This document shows positions 40,222 through 50,691 of a stretch of DNA of 64,000 bases, in pieces. The stretch's first letter is position 1, and each line of letters begins with the position of its first letter. The translations under genes were made by a program, and so were the position numbers. The stretch is taken from the NCBI RefSeq assembly GCF_028707975.1, contig NZ_JAQVZX010000001.1, positions 73-64,072 on the forward strand, given 5' to 3'. Source of the DNA: Syntrophomonas sp. GTDB taxonomy: Bacteria; Bacillota; Syntrophomonadia; Syntrophomonadales; Syntrophomonadaceae. The notes below the pieces were generated by a model. The model was not told the origin of the DNA. It did not search any database and was given only the letters and a program-made list of their open reading frames with translations.

Positions 40222-41940
40222 TTAATATCTCTGGACATAGAGGGGATACTTGTCACAGAGACCTTTAACTATCCCTTTAGCTTCTTCTTTTACTTCCTCG
40301 CTGCCAGGCTTGTCCAGTACCAGAGTCATAGCTCGGGCCAATTCCCTCATATCCTCGCCCTTAAGCCCGCGGCTGGTAACCGCCGGGGTTCCCACCCGAA
40401 TACCACTGGTAATAGTCGGCTTCTCTGGATCAAAGGGGATAGCGTTCTTGTTTACGGTAATGTTTACGGCTTCCAGGATAGCTTCGGCATCGCGTCCGGT
40501 AAATCCTTTAGGACGAAGATCGACCAACATTAGGTGATTATCCGTTCCTCCTGATACCAGCCGTAAACCTTGCTCCAGCAAAGCCTTGGCCAGTGTAGCG
40601 GCATTGTTAACGATAGCCTGCTGATAGGCTTTAAATTCCGGCATAAGGGCCTCTTTAAAGCAAACGGCCTTGGCTGCTATCACATGCATCAAAGGCCCCC
40701 CCTGTATGCCCGGGAAAACCGCTTTGTCTATTTTTGTCGCCCATTCCTGCCGGCATAAAATAAATCCTCCCCGAGGTCCGCGCAGAGTTTTGTGGGTGGT
40801 GGAGGATACAAAGTCGGCATAGGGAACCGGGCTGGGATGAAGGCCTGCAGCCACCAAACCGGCGATATGAGCCATGTCGACGAAAAGAAGGGCACCCGCT
40901 TCATCGGCAATTTCTCGAAATTTCTGAAAATCCAGAATTCGGGGATAAGCACTGGCGCCAGCCACAATCATTTGGGGACGCGCTTTTAATGCTACTTCTC
41001 GCAACTGTTCATAGTCAATGCTCTCTGTATCCCGGTTGACCCCATAGTCCACAATATTGAAATACTTCCCGGATATATTAACTTTACTGCCATGAGTGAG
41101 ATGTCCCCCGTGATTTAGATTCATGCCCATGATGGTTTGCCCCGGCTGCAACGCTGCAAAGTATACTGCGGTATTAGCCTGGGCACCGGAATGGGGTTGA
41201 ACATTGGCATGCTCTGCCCCGAAAATCTTTTTAACCCTATCCCGAGCCAACTCTTCTACTATGTCTACATATTCGCAACCGCCATAATATCTGGCACCAG
41301 GTAAACCTTCAGCATATTTATTGGTCATCACCGAACCCTGGGCCGCCATAACAGCACGGGATACAAAGTTCTCCGAAGCAATTAATTCCAGTTTATTGTT
41401 TTGCCTGGCCTCTTCCTTTTCTATGGCTTCCGCCACCTCTGGGTCTATTGGCTTAACATATTTTTGAATATAATCCATGTGGCTTGACTCCTCCCTCAGG
41501 CATTTTTTTTCTAATTTACTTATCTTTTCAACCCGGCGCAGGTGCCTACCTGCATGAAAATTACTTTTTATAAAGCTCTTTATAATTTCTAAAGCCAAGC
41601 CCCCTCCTGTTACCCGGGCACCCAGTGTTAGTATATTAGCATCATTATGTTCCCGAGCCAGGCGGGCACTGTATATATTATGACATACCGCCGCTCTTAT
41701 TCCGGGAATTTTGTTGGCCGCTATAGCCACGCCAATCCCGGTTCCGCAGATCAAGAACCCCAGGGTCTTTTCCTGTAGAACCAGCCGGGCTACCTCTTCA
41801 GCTATGTCGGGATAATCCATCGATTCTGTACTAAAGGTTCCACAATCCATTATTTCGTATTCTTCTTCAATCAGAGCATTAATAATCTCGTTCTTTAGTT
41901 CCAAGCCGGCATGATCACAGCCAATAATTAACTTCATCAT
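40222..41940 (-). CDS. glyA: RpiB-GlyA in-frame fusion (ribose-5-phosphate isomerase B plus serine hydroxymethyltransferase; internal glyA start at 41478)
   Basis: N-terminal GCDHAG, CGTGIG and AREHNDAN (RpiB); C-terminal [14 protein letters not shown] and [12 protein letters not shown] (SHMT). Confidence 0.93.
   Translation of the reverse strand: MMKLIIGCDHAGLELKNEIINALIEEEYEIMDCGTFSTESMDYPDIAEEVARLVLQEKTLGFLICGTGIGVAIAANKIPGIRAAVCHNIYSARLAREHNDANILTLGARVTGGGLALEIIKSFIKSNFHAGRHLRRVEKISKLEKKCLREESSHMDYIQKYVKPIDPEVAEAIEKEEARQNNKLELIASENFVSRAVMAAQGSVMTNKYAEGLPGARYYGGCEYVDIVEELARDRVKKIFGAEHANVQPHSGAQANTAVYFAALQPGQTIMGMNLNHGGHLTHGSKVNISGKYFNIVDYGVNRDTESIDYEQLREVALKARPQMIVAGASAYPRILDFQKFREIADEAGALLFVDMAHIAGLVAAGLHPSPVPYADFVSSTTHKTLRGPRGGFILCRQEWATKIDKAVFPGIQGGPLMHVIAAKAVCFKEALMPEFKAYQQAIVNNAATLAKALLEQGLRLVSGGTDNHLMLVDLRPKGFTGRDAEAILEAVNITVNKNAIPFDPEKPTITSGIRVGTPAVTSRGLKGEDMRELARAMTLVLDKPGSEEVKEEAKGIVKGLCDKYPLYVQRY
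41479..41940 (-). other. rpiB: RpiB moiety of the fusion ORF
   Basis: RpiB/LacAB motifs; a TGA in the shifted frame follows the A8 tract, just before the glyA RBS. Confidence 0.85.
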
Positions 41941-42413
41941 ATTCCCCCTGCACTTTTTCGCTGGAGTATTTCCTTTAAGACCTGCGGCAAAATAGTCTTT
42001 AACTGCTGTAAAGTATCCAAGTAAGCTTCCCGTCCCATTCCTATAGGATCGATAATATCCAGCTCTCCCAACCCCGCAAACTCAGCCAGAGAAAAGATAC
42101 AGTCCCTTTTAAGGGGGAATATCTCTTGTAAATAGTTGCGCTGGCTTATGGTCATAGAAAGAATCAAGTGCGCATCTTCCAATAAGTCATCACTGAGTGG
42201 AAGCGATAAATGTTGGGAAATATCTATTTCTTCCTGACGCAGAACTTCTACCGCTTCCGGAGAAGCCGGACAAGCTGGATAAGCAAAAATACCGGCTGAA
42301 AGCACTTCAAAGTCAGAATCCAGTTGCGTTTCCCTTATAATTTTGGAAAAAAGAGCTTGTGCCATTGGACTCCTGCAGGTATTACCGGTGCAAGCAAAGA
42401 GAATTCTTTTCAT
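41937..42413 (-). CDS. ywlE: low molecular weight protein arginine/tyrosine phosphatase
   Basis: [11 protein letters not shown] and DIIDP motifs; ywlC-D-E-F synteny. Confidence 0.88.
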   Translation of the reverse strand: MKRILFACTGNTCRSPMAQALFSKIIRETQLDSDFEVLSAGIFAYPACPASPEAVEVLRQEEIDISQHLSLPLSDDLLEDAHLILSMTISQRNYLQEIFPLKRDCIFSLAEFAGLGELDIIDPIGMGREAYLDTLQQLKTILPQVLKEILQRKSAGGI

Positions 42414-42429
42414 TCTAGCTTTCCTTCTC

Positions 42430-43029
42430 TCAAACTACAAACTTTATTGCCAGGGCTAATAAAACTACTCCACCAAAGATTTGGGCATAGCTTCCTATCC
42501 AGCGGCCCAGTACTCTTCCCCCGGCAAATCCAGCCCAAGTCATAATAGCTGCAATTATTCCCATCATTAACACCGTAATAAGAATGGGCATTTTTAAAGT
42601 ACCCAAAGTAAAGCCAACTGTCAAGGCGTCAATGCTTACAGAAAACCCCAAAAACAAAACACTGGCCCAACTATCCGGATTATTTAACTTGTTGCCAGTC
42701 AAAGCTGCCTTGGCCTCAGCAAACTTATATCTCCGGGGTTGGATTTCAGCGTATCCCTTTCGCAGCATTTGCAGACCCAAGTAGAGCAAAACCAGGGCTC
42801 CCAACCTGGTAGCCCACACTCCCGAAAACCTTCCTGCCACCAGCCCCAGGTTTAAACCTAAAAGGGGCATTAAAACATGCAGAGCACCCACTGTTAAAGA
42901 AAATTTCCGTTCATAATCTTTGGTAACTCCGCGCAAACCTATTCCCATGGCCAGGGAAAGAGCATCCATCCCCAGAACCACAGCAATTAATGTAATCGTT
43001 ATTAATTGTTCAATCATCTTTGACAGCAC
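42430..43029 (-). CDS. mntP: manganese efflux pump MntP family
   Basis: LGMDALS and SVSIDALTVG motifs, multiple TM helices; start may be 43017. Confidence 0.87.
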   Translation of the reverse strand: MLSKMIEQLITITLIAVVLGMDALSLAMGIGLRGVTKDYERKFSLTVGALHVLMPLLGLNLGLVAGRFSGVWATRLGALVLLYLGLQMLRKGYAEIQPRRYKFAEAKAALTGNKLNNPDSWASVLFLGFSVSIDALTVGFTLGTLKMPILITVLMMGIIAAIMTWAGFAGGRVLGRWIGSYAQIFGGVVLLALAIKFVV

Positions 43030-43080
43030 TCAATAAACTTACGCTTGGTTGGTAAGCAGTGCTCGCACCTCTTTCATAAT

Positions 43081-44094
43081 CTACTTACTGGAACCCCTGG
43101 CTGCCTGGTATATGCGATCAAGTATAACCCTTCCTATCCCCCCTGGTTTCTCGGGAAGGGGGGTGAAAAGCAGCAGCTCGAATTCCCTCTCCTCGGCTTC
43201 CCGCAAGAGTGAATAAAGGCGGTTGCTAGCAGAACTTATGTCCAGGTCATAAGATTGATGTTGGGGATATTTATCTTTTAAGCTTTCCCAACGGGCATTT
43301 TTTTTTTCGACATAAGTGTAAACCAGGGCCAGCTTTTTTTTCGCATGCTTTATATCAGCCAAGGAGTTTTCAATCTCTTCCCAAGTTTGGCAGAGAAGCA
43401 ATTGGGAATTGGTCTGGTAATGATGATACTGTTCCTGGCCCCGGTCATTAATGGCAATGGCCATCCCTGTAGCTTCTTCTAATTCCTCTACAGTGATACC
43501 ACCCTGGCGCAATATTCGGCAACCCCGGCTAGTGAAATCTATAATGGTAGATTCCAGCCCCAAACCAGTTCTCCCCGCATCTAAAACCGCAGCTATCTTA
43601 CCGTCCAGATCCGCTTTTACATCTTCAGCATTAACCGGACTGGGACGGCCGGAAAGATTGGCACTTGGAGCTGCCAAAGGCCCGGTCTGATCAATCAAAG
43701 CCAGGGCCACAGGATGAGCCGGCATGCGCAAACCCACCGTAGTTTTTCCACCTCGGACTATAGCTGGTACCGTTTCCCGGGCCGACAGGATAATGGATAA
43801 AGGGCCGGGCCAAAAACGTTCCATAAGCATTTCAGCCACAGGAGGAATCTCTTTAGCCACACTTTCCACCTGTTCCATCCGGCTCAGGTGAAGCAAAAGG
43901 GGATTGGCTTCTGGGCGCCCTTTAGCCATAAATATTTTTTCCACTGCCTGGGTTTGAAAAGCTGCCGCCCCCAGACCATAGACCGTCTCCGTCGGAAAGG
44001 CTACTAACTCCTGGGCCTTGATTAAATTAGCGGCTTTTATGATTATCTCCTTTTCCGGACAGGTCGGATTAACTTGCCAATACTGGGTTTTCAG
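43081..44094 (-). CDS. sua5: L-threonylcarbamoyladenylate synthase Sua5/TsaC (CTG start)
   Basis: The conserved VAFPTETVYGL lies upstream of the ORF-track start; the frame is open to CTG 44094 behind a GGGAG RBS; KGRP and APSANLSG motifs. Confidence 0.9.
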   Translation of the reverse strand: MKTQYWQVNPTCPEKEIIIKAANLIKAQELVAFPTETVYGLGAAAFQTQAVEKIFMAKGRPEANPLLLHLSRMEQVESVAKEIPPVAEMLMERFWPGPLSIILSARETVPAIVRGGKTTVGLRMPAHPVALALIDQTGPLAAPSANLSGRPSPVNAEDVKADLDGKIAAVLDAGRTGLGLESTIIDFTSRGCRILRQGGITVEELEEATGMAIAINDRGQEQYHHYQTNSQLLLCQTWEEIENSLADIKHAKKKLALVYTYVEKKNARWESLKDKYPQHQSYDLDISSASNRLYSLLREAEEREFELLLFTPLPEKPGGIGRVILDRIYQAARGSSK

Positions 44095-44096
44095 TG

Positions 44097-44948
44097 TTAT
44101 TGCTCCCTTCTAGACTTGAGCAGACGCTCCCTGCCTGCCAGGTCCTTAATCACTTCTGTTTCCCCAAATCCCCGCATCATTTCCTGCCCCTTTTGCCCTT
44201 GCTCATGCCCAATCTCCAACAAAAGGTAACCCCCGGCAGCCAGTAAAGCTGCGGCCTGGGGCAACAAACGCCGGTAAATATCCAAACCATCGCCTGGGGC
44301 CAACAAAGCCAGTGAAGGTTCATAATTTTTCACCCCAGAATCCAGTATTAAAAATTCTTCCTTAGGAATATAAGGTAAATTGGCCACAATAATATCGAAA
44401 GGTTCTTCATTTACGAGAGGAAAAAGCAAATCCCCCTGGTAAAAACTTACGGTAACGCCATGCCGCGCTGCATTATCGCGGGCTATTGCCAGGGCTTCGC
44501 CAGATATATCTGAAGCATAGATCCGGGCTGTAGGAAGATAAAAAGCCAGGCTCACCGCAATCGCTCCGGAACCGGTTCCTACATCGCAAATACGCAGCCC
44601 TTCTTTTCCCTGGGCTATTTCCAGGGTTTCTTCTACCAATAATTCCGTTTCCGGGCGTGGAATCAATACCGCCTGGTTAAGCTTGAATTCAAGAGACATA
44701 AACTCCTTATGTCCCACAATATAGGCTAAAGGTTCGCCCTTCATTCGTCTTTTAATCAGTTCGCGGAATTGCTGGCGTTCTTCCTGGTTAACCGGCTTGT
44801 CAAAATGAGTATATAAATAAACCCGGTTCTGCAACAAAACATGGGCCAGTAAAACTTCCGCCTCCAGGCGGGGTTCTTCCAGGCCCCGATCCGCAAAAAA
44901 CCGGGTAGTCCACTCCATTAGTTCATTTATTAGCCACTGTTCCTGCAC
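44097..44948 (-). CDS. prmC: release factor glutamine methyltransferase
   Basis: LIPRPETE, DVGTGSG and NLPY motifs. Confidence 0.95.
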   Translation of the reverse strand: MQEQWLINELMEWTTRFFADRGLEEPRLEAEVLLAHVLLQNRVYLYTHFDKPVNQEERQQFRELIKRRMKGEPLAYIVGHKEFMSLEFKLNQAVLIPRPETELLVEETLEIAQGKEGLRICDVGTGSGAIAVSLAFYLPTARIYASDISGEALAIARDNAARHGVTVSFYQGDLLFPLVNEEPFDIIVANLPYIPKEEFLILDSGVKNYEPSLALLAPGDGLDIYRRLLPQAAALLAAGGYLLLEIGHEQGQKGQEMMRGFGETEVIKDLAGRERLLKSRREQ

Positions 44949-46016
44949 TCAATCCACCTGTTTCAAACGCTCTGCCTGGTAATGGGCTATGAGAGCATTT
45001 ATTATATCCTCCAGCCGCCCCTCCAGTACCGCTTCCAGCCGGTGCAAAGTCAGGTTTATGCGGTGGTCGCTTACTCGGCCCTGGGGGAAATTATAGGTGC
45101 GTATGCGTTCACTGCGATCCCCACTGCCTACCTGGCTCTTACGGGCACCTGCCATTTCCGCATTCTTCTCCTCCTCCAGAAGCTCTTTCAACCTCGCCCG
45201 CAAAACCCGCAGGGCTTTAGCCTTGTTCTTGTGCTGGGATTTCTCATCCTGACAGGTTACTACCTCGCCCGTAGGGATATGAGTTATTCTTACGGCTGAT
45301 TGGGTGGTATTAACCGATTGTCCGCCGGGACCACTGGAACAATAAACATCTATGCGCAAATCATTGGGGTCAATATCTACTTCTACCTCTTCGGCCTCTG
45401 GTAAAACAGCCACCGTTGCTGCCGAAGTATGAATTCTTCCACCAGATTCCGTAACTGGTATGCGCTGCACCCGGTGAACTCCAGATTCAAATTTCAGCTT
45501 GCTATAGGCTCCCCGTCCATCAACCACAAAAACTATTTCCTTGATACCCCCGATATCGGTGTAATGAGTATCCATTATCTCTGTTTTCCAGCCTTGTTCC
45601 TCAGCGTAACGGCTGTACATACGAAACAAATCACCGGCAAAAAGGGCGGCTTCCTCACCACCAGTACCGGCCCGAATTTCCATGATTACGCTTTTTTCAT
45701 CATTAGGATCTCGTGGTAGCAAGAGTATTCTTAATCCCTGCTCCAGAGAAACTTTTTTTTCTTGTAACTCCGGAATCTCTTCCAGCAGCATTTGTCGAAA
45801 TTCTTCATCCTCTTCCTCTTCCAGCATCTCCTTGGAATCCTCCAATTGCCGGGACAGTGATTTATATTCGCGATACATATTTACAATATCGCTAAGATCA
45901 GAATGGGCTTTGGCCAGCTTTTGAAACCTGGCCTGGTCGGAAAGAACTTCAGGCTGGCTCAAGAGATGGGTTAAATCATTATATTTTTCTTCCAGACTGT
46001 CCAATTTCTCTAGCAA
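44949..46016 (-). CDS. prfA: peptide chain release factor 1
   Basis: GGQ and PVT motifs; TTG 46016 after GAGGAGG. Confidence 0.96.
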   Translation of the reverse strand: MLEKLDSLEEKYNDLTHLLSQPEVLSDQARFQKLAKAHSDLSDIVNMYREYKSLSRQLEDSKEMLEEEEDEEFRQMLLEEIPELQEKKVSLEQGLRILLLPRDPNDEKSVIMEIRAGTGGEEAALFAGDLFRMYSRYAEEQGWKTEIMDTHYTDIGGIKEIVFVVDGRGAYSKLKFESGVHRVQRIPVTESGGRIHTSAATVAVLPEAEEVEVDIDPNDLRIDVYCSSGPGGQSVNTTQSAVRITHIPTGEVVTCQDEKSQHKNKAKALRVLRARLKELLEEEKNAEMAGARKSQVGSGDRSERIRTYNFPQGRVSDHRINLTLHRLEAVLEGRLEDIINALIAHYQAERLKQVD

Positions 46017-46137
46017 TTCGTTTCCTCCTCGATATTTTGGGAACTGAACAAGTATTTTGAACAAGCGGACGGTTCTCCTGTTCAACTCCAGCAGAGTAGT
46101 GCAGATCTAGCTCCCGTAAGGTTTTTCCCCTGATTCT

Positions 46138-47049
46138 CTATAGCGTTTGTAAGACCGCTGTCTCCTCTGCGGCGGGCAAAGCAGTTTTCTCCTCTGCTAA
46201 AACCGCCTGGAGGGCTGCTATAGCCACTTCCAGCATGCCATCATCCGGTTCCCGGGTGGTAAGTCTCTGCAAAAGCAGACCCGGAGCAATCAAAGTTTTG
46301 GCCCACTGGCAGCTATAATACTTGCCGGTGAATTTCAGGAATTCGTATCCCAGACCAGCCACTACCGGAAGAACTGCCAGTCTAGACCATACCCGATAGA
46401 ACAGGCTTCCTTCTCCCAGCATGGCAAAAACCAGAATAGATATTACCATCACAATAAGCAAGAAACTGGTACCGCAGCGGGGATGTACGGTCGTATATCT
46501 ACGGACATTTTTTACGCTCAGTTCTTCCCCGGCTTCATAGGCGGAAATGGACTTATGCTCGGCTCCATGATACATAAAGACTCGGGCTATATCTTCCATT
46601 TTTGATATGGCGTAAACATATAGAAGGAAAAAAGTGATTCTGATTAGGCCTTCGACAATGTTCTGCAGGATTATTCCCCCGGTATACTGCTGTGTGTAGT
46701 GCACAATTGCCGTAGGAAGAATCACAAACAGCAAAACTGCCAGGGCAAAAGCAATCAGACCGCTGATTAGCATCTCTCCAGAACTGAGTTCTTCTTCATC
46801 TTCTCCCAGGGACATATTGGCGGACTTGTTCAACATCCTGATTCCCACCACCATAGAATCTATAAGTACATAAGTTCCCCGGATGAAAGGCCATTTTAAG
46901 AAAGGATACCGGCGGGGAAGCTGGCTGTTGGCTTCTTGATCCAACTCAATGTTGCCGTCTTCTTTTCTAACGGCTATGGAAGTAACTTCCGGGCCCCGCA
47001 TCATAACCCCTTCGATTACGGCCATACCCCCATATTGAAACTTAGCCAT
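46138..47049 (-). CDS. DUF1385 family membrane protein
   Basis: GGxAVIEGVMM, YHGAEHK and HPRCGTSF motifs. Confidence 0.9.
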   Translation of the reverse strand: MAKFQYGGMAVIEGVMMRGPEVTSIAVRKEDGNIELDQEANSQLPRRYPFLKWPFIRGTYVLIDSMVVGIRMLNKSANMSLGEDEEELSSGEMLISGLIAFALAVLLFVILPTAIVHYTQQYTGGIILQNIVEGLIRITFFLLYVYAISKMEDIARVFMYHGAEHKSISAYEAGEELSVKNVRRYTTVHPRCGTSFLLIVMVISILVFAMLGEGSLFYRVWSRLAVLPVVAGLGYEFLKFTGKYYSCQWAKTLIAPGLLLQRLTTREPDDGMLEVAIAALQAVLAEEKTALPAAEETAVLQTL

Positions 47050-47173
47050 TTTATCACCTTGTCCTATTAAATAGTAAGGCGTAAAGTGTGAGGTGGCTGA
47101 AACATTATCCCCATTCACCTTACACCCAACGCCTTAGAAATAAAGAGCAGAGACCAGTCCCTGCCAATATGCA

Positions 47174-47377
47174 CTAACTCAAGCCGTATTTTTTCTTGAA
47201 CCTGTCAACTCTTCCGGTGGTGTCAACCAGCCTTCCCTTGGCTCCGGTATAAAAAGGATGACACTTGGAACATATTTCCACGCGTATGTTTTCGCTGGTA
47301 GAGCCCACTTCAAATTCATTACCACATGCGCATCTGGCTTTGGCCTGATGGTACTTGGGATGTATTTTCGCTTTCAT
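47174..47377 (-). CDS. rpmE: 50S ribosomal protein L31 (Zn-binding type)
   Basis: [19 protein letters not shown] and GRVDRF motifs. Confidence 0.96.
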   Translation of the reverse strand: MKAKIHPKYHQAKARCACGNEFEVGSTSENIRVEICSKCHPFYTGAKGRLVDTTGRVDRFKKKYGLS

Positions 47378-47532
47378 TAAATTCACCTCTCTTCAACCTG
47401 GCTAGCTGCAGTTAAAAGATCAAATGAACTGCAAAAAAAATTATATCAAGAATAAGGTTAAAAGACAAGGAAATATAGAAACGAAATGAAAAAGTCAGCT
47501 TCTTGCGCCAAATCCTTATAGTCGTATTCTGG

Positions 47533-47593
47533 CGCTCGCTTTGTATATTTATGCAACCCTTATGCAACAAAAAGGAGTTTTTGCAGGGGAATC
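47533..47593 (-). mobile_element. MITE-like family B, single-end fragment
   Basis: cgctcgctttgtatatttatgcaaccct...tttttgcaggggaatc. Confidence 0.75.
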
Positions 47594-47654
47594 AACTTTC
47601 AATTGCTTCTTCTCTTTTTTCCTTGAGAAATACAACCTGGGATAGCTTGACATT

Positions 47655-48377
47655 CTACAACCCCATTTGTCTCTTGTATTCCGGGTATTTATAACGGCTC
47701 ATCAAGGCTTTCTGTTCATAACCGTAAAACTCGATTTCATAGGAGCGGTCAAATATTCCCCGCGCCTGTTTTATCTGCTTCAGATTAACAATGAAGGACT
47801 TGTGAACCCTAAGGAAACTGCGGTCAAGCATCGCCTCCAATTCAGCCAGGGATAAATAGCTTTCAAAAATACCCTCTTTGGTATGAATAAAAGATAGATT
47901 GTTCTGAATCTCAATAAAAATGATGCCGCCTGGCCTTATATGATGTATTTCGTTTTTGTACTTAATCACCAGGATATCGGAATCCAATGCATCCTTTTGC
48001 TCTATTTTTTCAGCTATCTCTTCTACTGCCTCCCTGAATCTGGTAACTTTTATCGGTTTTAAAATATAATTATAGGGATGTACCTCAAAAGAATCTATAG
48101 CGTATTTGGAATAAGCGGTTAGAAAAACTATGTAAGCTTCTTTATTGAAGCTGTAAATATTTTGGGCCACCTGCAGGCCATTTAGTTCGCTGCCTTCCAG
48201 TTCAATATCCAAGAAAATAAGATCGGGGCGTTTGTTTTGAGCCAGAGCAATAGCTTCTTCAGCGCTGGCAGTGGCCATAACCTCTCCTACCACTGGTATA
48301 TCCTCCAATAGTTGTCGAATAAACTCCCGGCTGTATTCTTCATCTTCGAGCAGCAGAATCTTCAAGATATCACCCAC
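47655..48377 (-). CDS. LytTR-family response regulator (AgrA-like)
   Basis: REC domain (FLDIE, YILKP) plus LytTR motif FLRVHKSFIVN. Confidence 0.93.
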   Translation of the reverse strand: MGDILKILLLEDEEYSREFIRQLLEDIPVVGEVMATASAEEAIALAQNKRPDLIFLDIELEGSELNGLQVAQNIYSFNKEAYIVFLTAYSKYAIDSFEVHPYNYILKPIKVTRFREAVEEIAEKIEQKDALDSDILVIKYKNEIHHIRPGGIIFIEIQNNLSFIHTKEGIFESYLSLAELEAMLDRSFLRVHKSFIVNLKQIKQARGIFDRSYEIEFYGYEQKALMSRYKYPEYKRQMGL

Positions 48378-49743
48378 CCCCCGTCTTCCAGCGCTCGAGC
48401 CTGGTATAGCTTTTACTCGAGGCGATATTGCTTCCTTTATCAGCTAGCTTTATGATTACACTGGTTTGTCCTTTGCTCATGACTTCGATCGTCCCCTGGT
48501 AGCGCTCCAAAAGTCTGCTGACCAGGTACAGGCCATAACCCCGGGCCGGAGAATCCTTATTGGTATAGCCCGGTTCGAATATCCATTCTTTCTCGCCAGC
48601 GGGAATCCGGGCCCCGTTATTTTGAATACTAATTACATAATGTTGGAATTCATATTTGAACTCTATTGCTACCCGGGGTTTGCCTTTGTCCTCCAGGGCT
48701 GCTTCCATTGCATTATCCAAAAGGTTGCCCAGTATGCTGCAAATATCCCAGGGGGGGATTGGTATTTCCGCTGGATCGCATTTCACGGCTACCGCAAATT
48801 CTATACCCTGGGATTCGGCGAAACTGCGTTTGCTATTTAGCAAGCCGGTCAGCACCGGATGGCCCGTATAAAGGATTTCTTCCATCTGCCAGTACTCTTC
48901 AGCAATTCCTTCTATGTATTCTTTGATTTCCTGATAACGCTTTAAATAAACCAGGGACTGTATAGCCTGAATATGCCGGCTGTATTCGTGTTTTTGACTC
49001 TGTAAAACCTTTAAGAGCAGCTCCACCTGTTGCAGGTGACTTTTTAACAACTGGACTCTTTGACTGCTCCTGCTGTTTTCCTCCAATTGTTTTATGGCTA
49101 CTATACTTAATATAGCTATGAGCAATACAATTATGTTAGCCCAGGGAACGATAGCAGCAATATTAAAGCGTTGTTGATTTACCAACAGACTAGCACTGAT
49201 CAAAACCAGCAAAAAGCTCTGCAGGAGTATGACTGCAATGACAAATACCCCTTGATTAATGGGTCTCTTTACTTCTCCGGCTTTTTTCAAATCAAAAAGA
49301 ATAAATTTGGCCTGTCGGATAAATGCATATAACAGCAACCCTAGAAGGAGTTCGGGTAAGAACGCCGCAATATTAAACCAGGGCTGTTCCGCCAGATCCA
49401 GCACCGTCTTGGAAGTGATTTGCAATAATAGTGGTAAATAGGCATTTTCAATTACACCAAATATCATAACTCCCAGTAAAACTGCAGCCAAACTACGCCA
49501 GAAATCGATTCGTTGTAAAACTACTACCAGGATAGTTAATAAAAGAACCAATATTATAGTATGAATTCCAAACAACAAAGGCAGCTTTCGCAAAAAGTAA
49601 GTAACTACAGCCATTATCCCCGACAGTAAGAAACACTGGCGGGCATTCACCTGCAAATTAAACAAGCCAAAGCCGATTTTTAATATCAAGATGCTTTGTA
49701 GTACGGAAATAAGAACAATGGCATACCAGGGTACAGAAAACAT
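48370..49743 (-). CDS. multi-TM GHKL sensor histidine kinase (AgrC/Spo0B-like)
   Basis: QKHEYSRH, LGNLLDNAMEA and GYGL motifs; many N-terminal TM helices. Confidence 0.9.
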   Translation of the reverse strand: MFSVPWYAIVLISVLQSILILKIGFGLFNLQVNARQCFLLSGIMAVVTYFLRKLPLLFGIHTIILVLLLTILVVVLQRIDFWRSLAAVLLGVMIFGVIENAYLPLLLQITSKTVLDLAEQPWFNIAAFLPELLLGLLLYAFIRQAKFILFDLKKAGEVKRPINQGVFVIAVILLQSFLLVLISASLLVNQQRFNIAAIVPWANIIVLLIAILSIVAIKQLEENSRSSQRVQLLKSHLQQVELLLKVLQSQKHEYSRHIQAIQSLVYLKRYQEIKEYIEGIAEEYWQMEEILYTGHPVLTGLLNSKRSFAESQGIEFAVAVKCDPAEIPIPPWDICSILGNLLDNAMEAALEDKGKPRVAIEFKYEFQHYVISIQNNGARIPAGEKEWIFEPGYTNKDSPARGYGLYLVSRLLERYQGTIEVMSKGQTSVIIKLADKGSNIASSKSYTRLERWKTGGG

Positions 49744-49833
49744 ATCGTCCTCCCCATAATAAAAATACCGTATTAACCCCCCATGCCCGGCACCGTTACT
49801 AGTCTTCTATTTTCTTTAGCTACTATCCTCTTC

Positions 49834-49876
49834 TAAAAACGGGCATTCGCCAATTAAAAACGGGCATTCGCCAATT
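49834..49876. promoter_or_regulatory. perfect 21 bp tandem repeat, putative LytTR binding site
   Basis: taaaaacgggcattcgccaat twice, in the divergent promoter region. Confidence 0.7.
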
Positions 49877-49946
49877 TTAGCAGGAAGTGCAAAATAAAGA
49901 GCGAATTTTTGTTATTTGGGGAATACCTTGAAGGGAATGGCTGTCT

Positions 49947-50564
49947 TTGTATATCCTGCTGGAAATAAATCTTTCCAAAAAACATTTAAGATGGGGATTA
50001 TCATTACTTCTACTGCTCTTATTCTTGCTTCTACTGCGTCCACTGGTATCCGTACCGGTCGGTTATGTCGGCATCATACTTCAGCAGGGAAAGATACAGG
50101 AAACGCTAATGGACGCGGGGCTTCACCTGCGGATCCCCGGATACCAGAAGATAGTCTATCTGGATTGCCGGGTTCAATCGTTGGAAATGCAGGCACTGGC
50201 CAGCAGCCGGGATCTGGAAACACTTAATGCCGCCGTCTCTCTCTACTACCATATTGACCCTTCCCGTGCAGGGAAACTCTATCAAAAGGAAGGCATATCC
50301 TACGAAGATAGCTTGATAGCTCCTATCATAGAGGAATCTTTGCAATCAGTTTTTGCCTGCTACTCCAGCCGGGAATTACTTTCCCAATACCCGCAGGTGG
50401 TGGCGCAAAGCTCCCGAATAATCACCCGAAAACTGGCGGAATCCAATATTATTGTAGACAGATTCAATATCCCTAGCCTGGTTTTTAGTTCCCCGGCAAC
50501 TCTGAGTAAGTATATAGACCGCGATTACAGTCAGAAATTCACAAATACTATTTGGGACGCATAA
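49947..50564 (+). CDS. SPFH/prohibitin domain protein (short, possibly truncated)
   Basis: VPVGYVGI, GLHLRIP and ASSRDLE band-7 motifs. Confidence 0.78.
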   Translation: MYILLEINLSKKHLRWGLSLLLLLLFLLLLRPLVSVPVGYVGIILQQGKIQETLMDAGLHLRIPGYQKIVYLDCRVQSLEMQALASSRDLETLNAAVSLYYHIDPSRAGKLYQKEGISYEDSLIAPIIEESLQSVFACYSSRELLSQYPQVVAQSSRIITRKLAESNIIVDRFNIPSLVFSSPATLSKYIDRDYSQKFTNTIWDA

Positions 50565-50691
50565 TATGACGCTCCAGCAGATTGATGACAACGCGTCCTG
50601 GAGTCAGGATGGGTAAGAACCGAAGAGCAAGTAAAGGTCGAAGATCCAGCAGATGAAATAGAAAAATTTACTGCGAAGCCGGGGTATCCCC

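Noticed and set aside
50565-50691. Possible SRP or other ncRNA between convergent genes
   Set aside because: Only one modest hairpin; no SRP, tmRNA or tRNA motifs recognisable.
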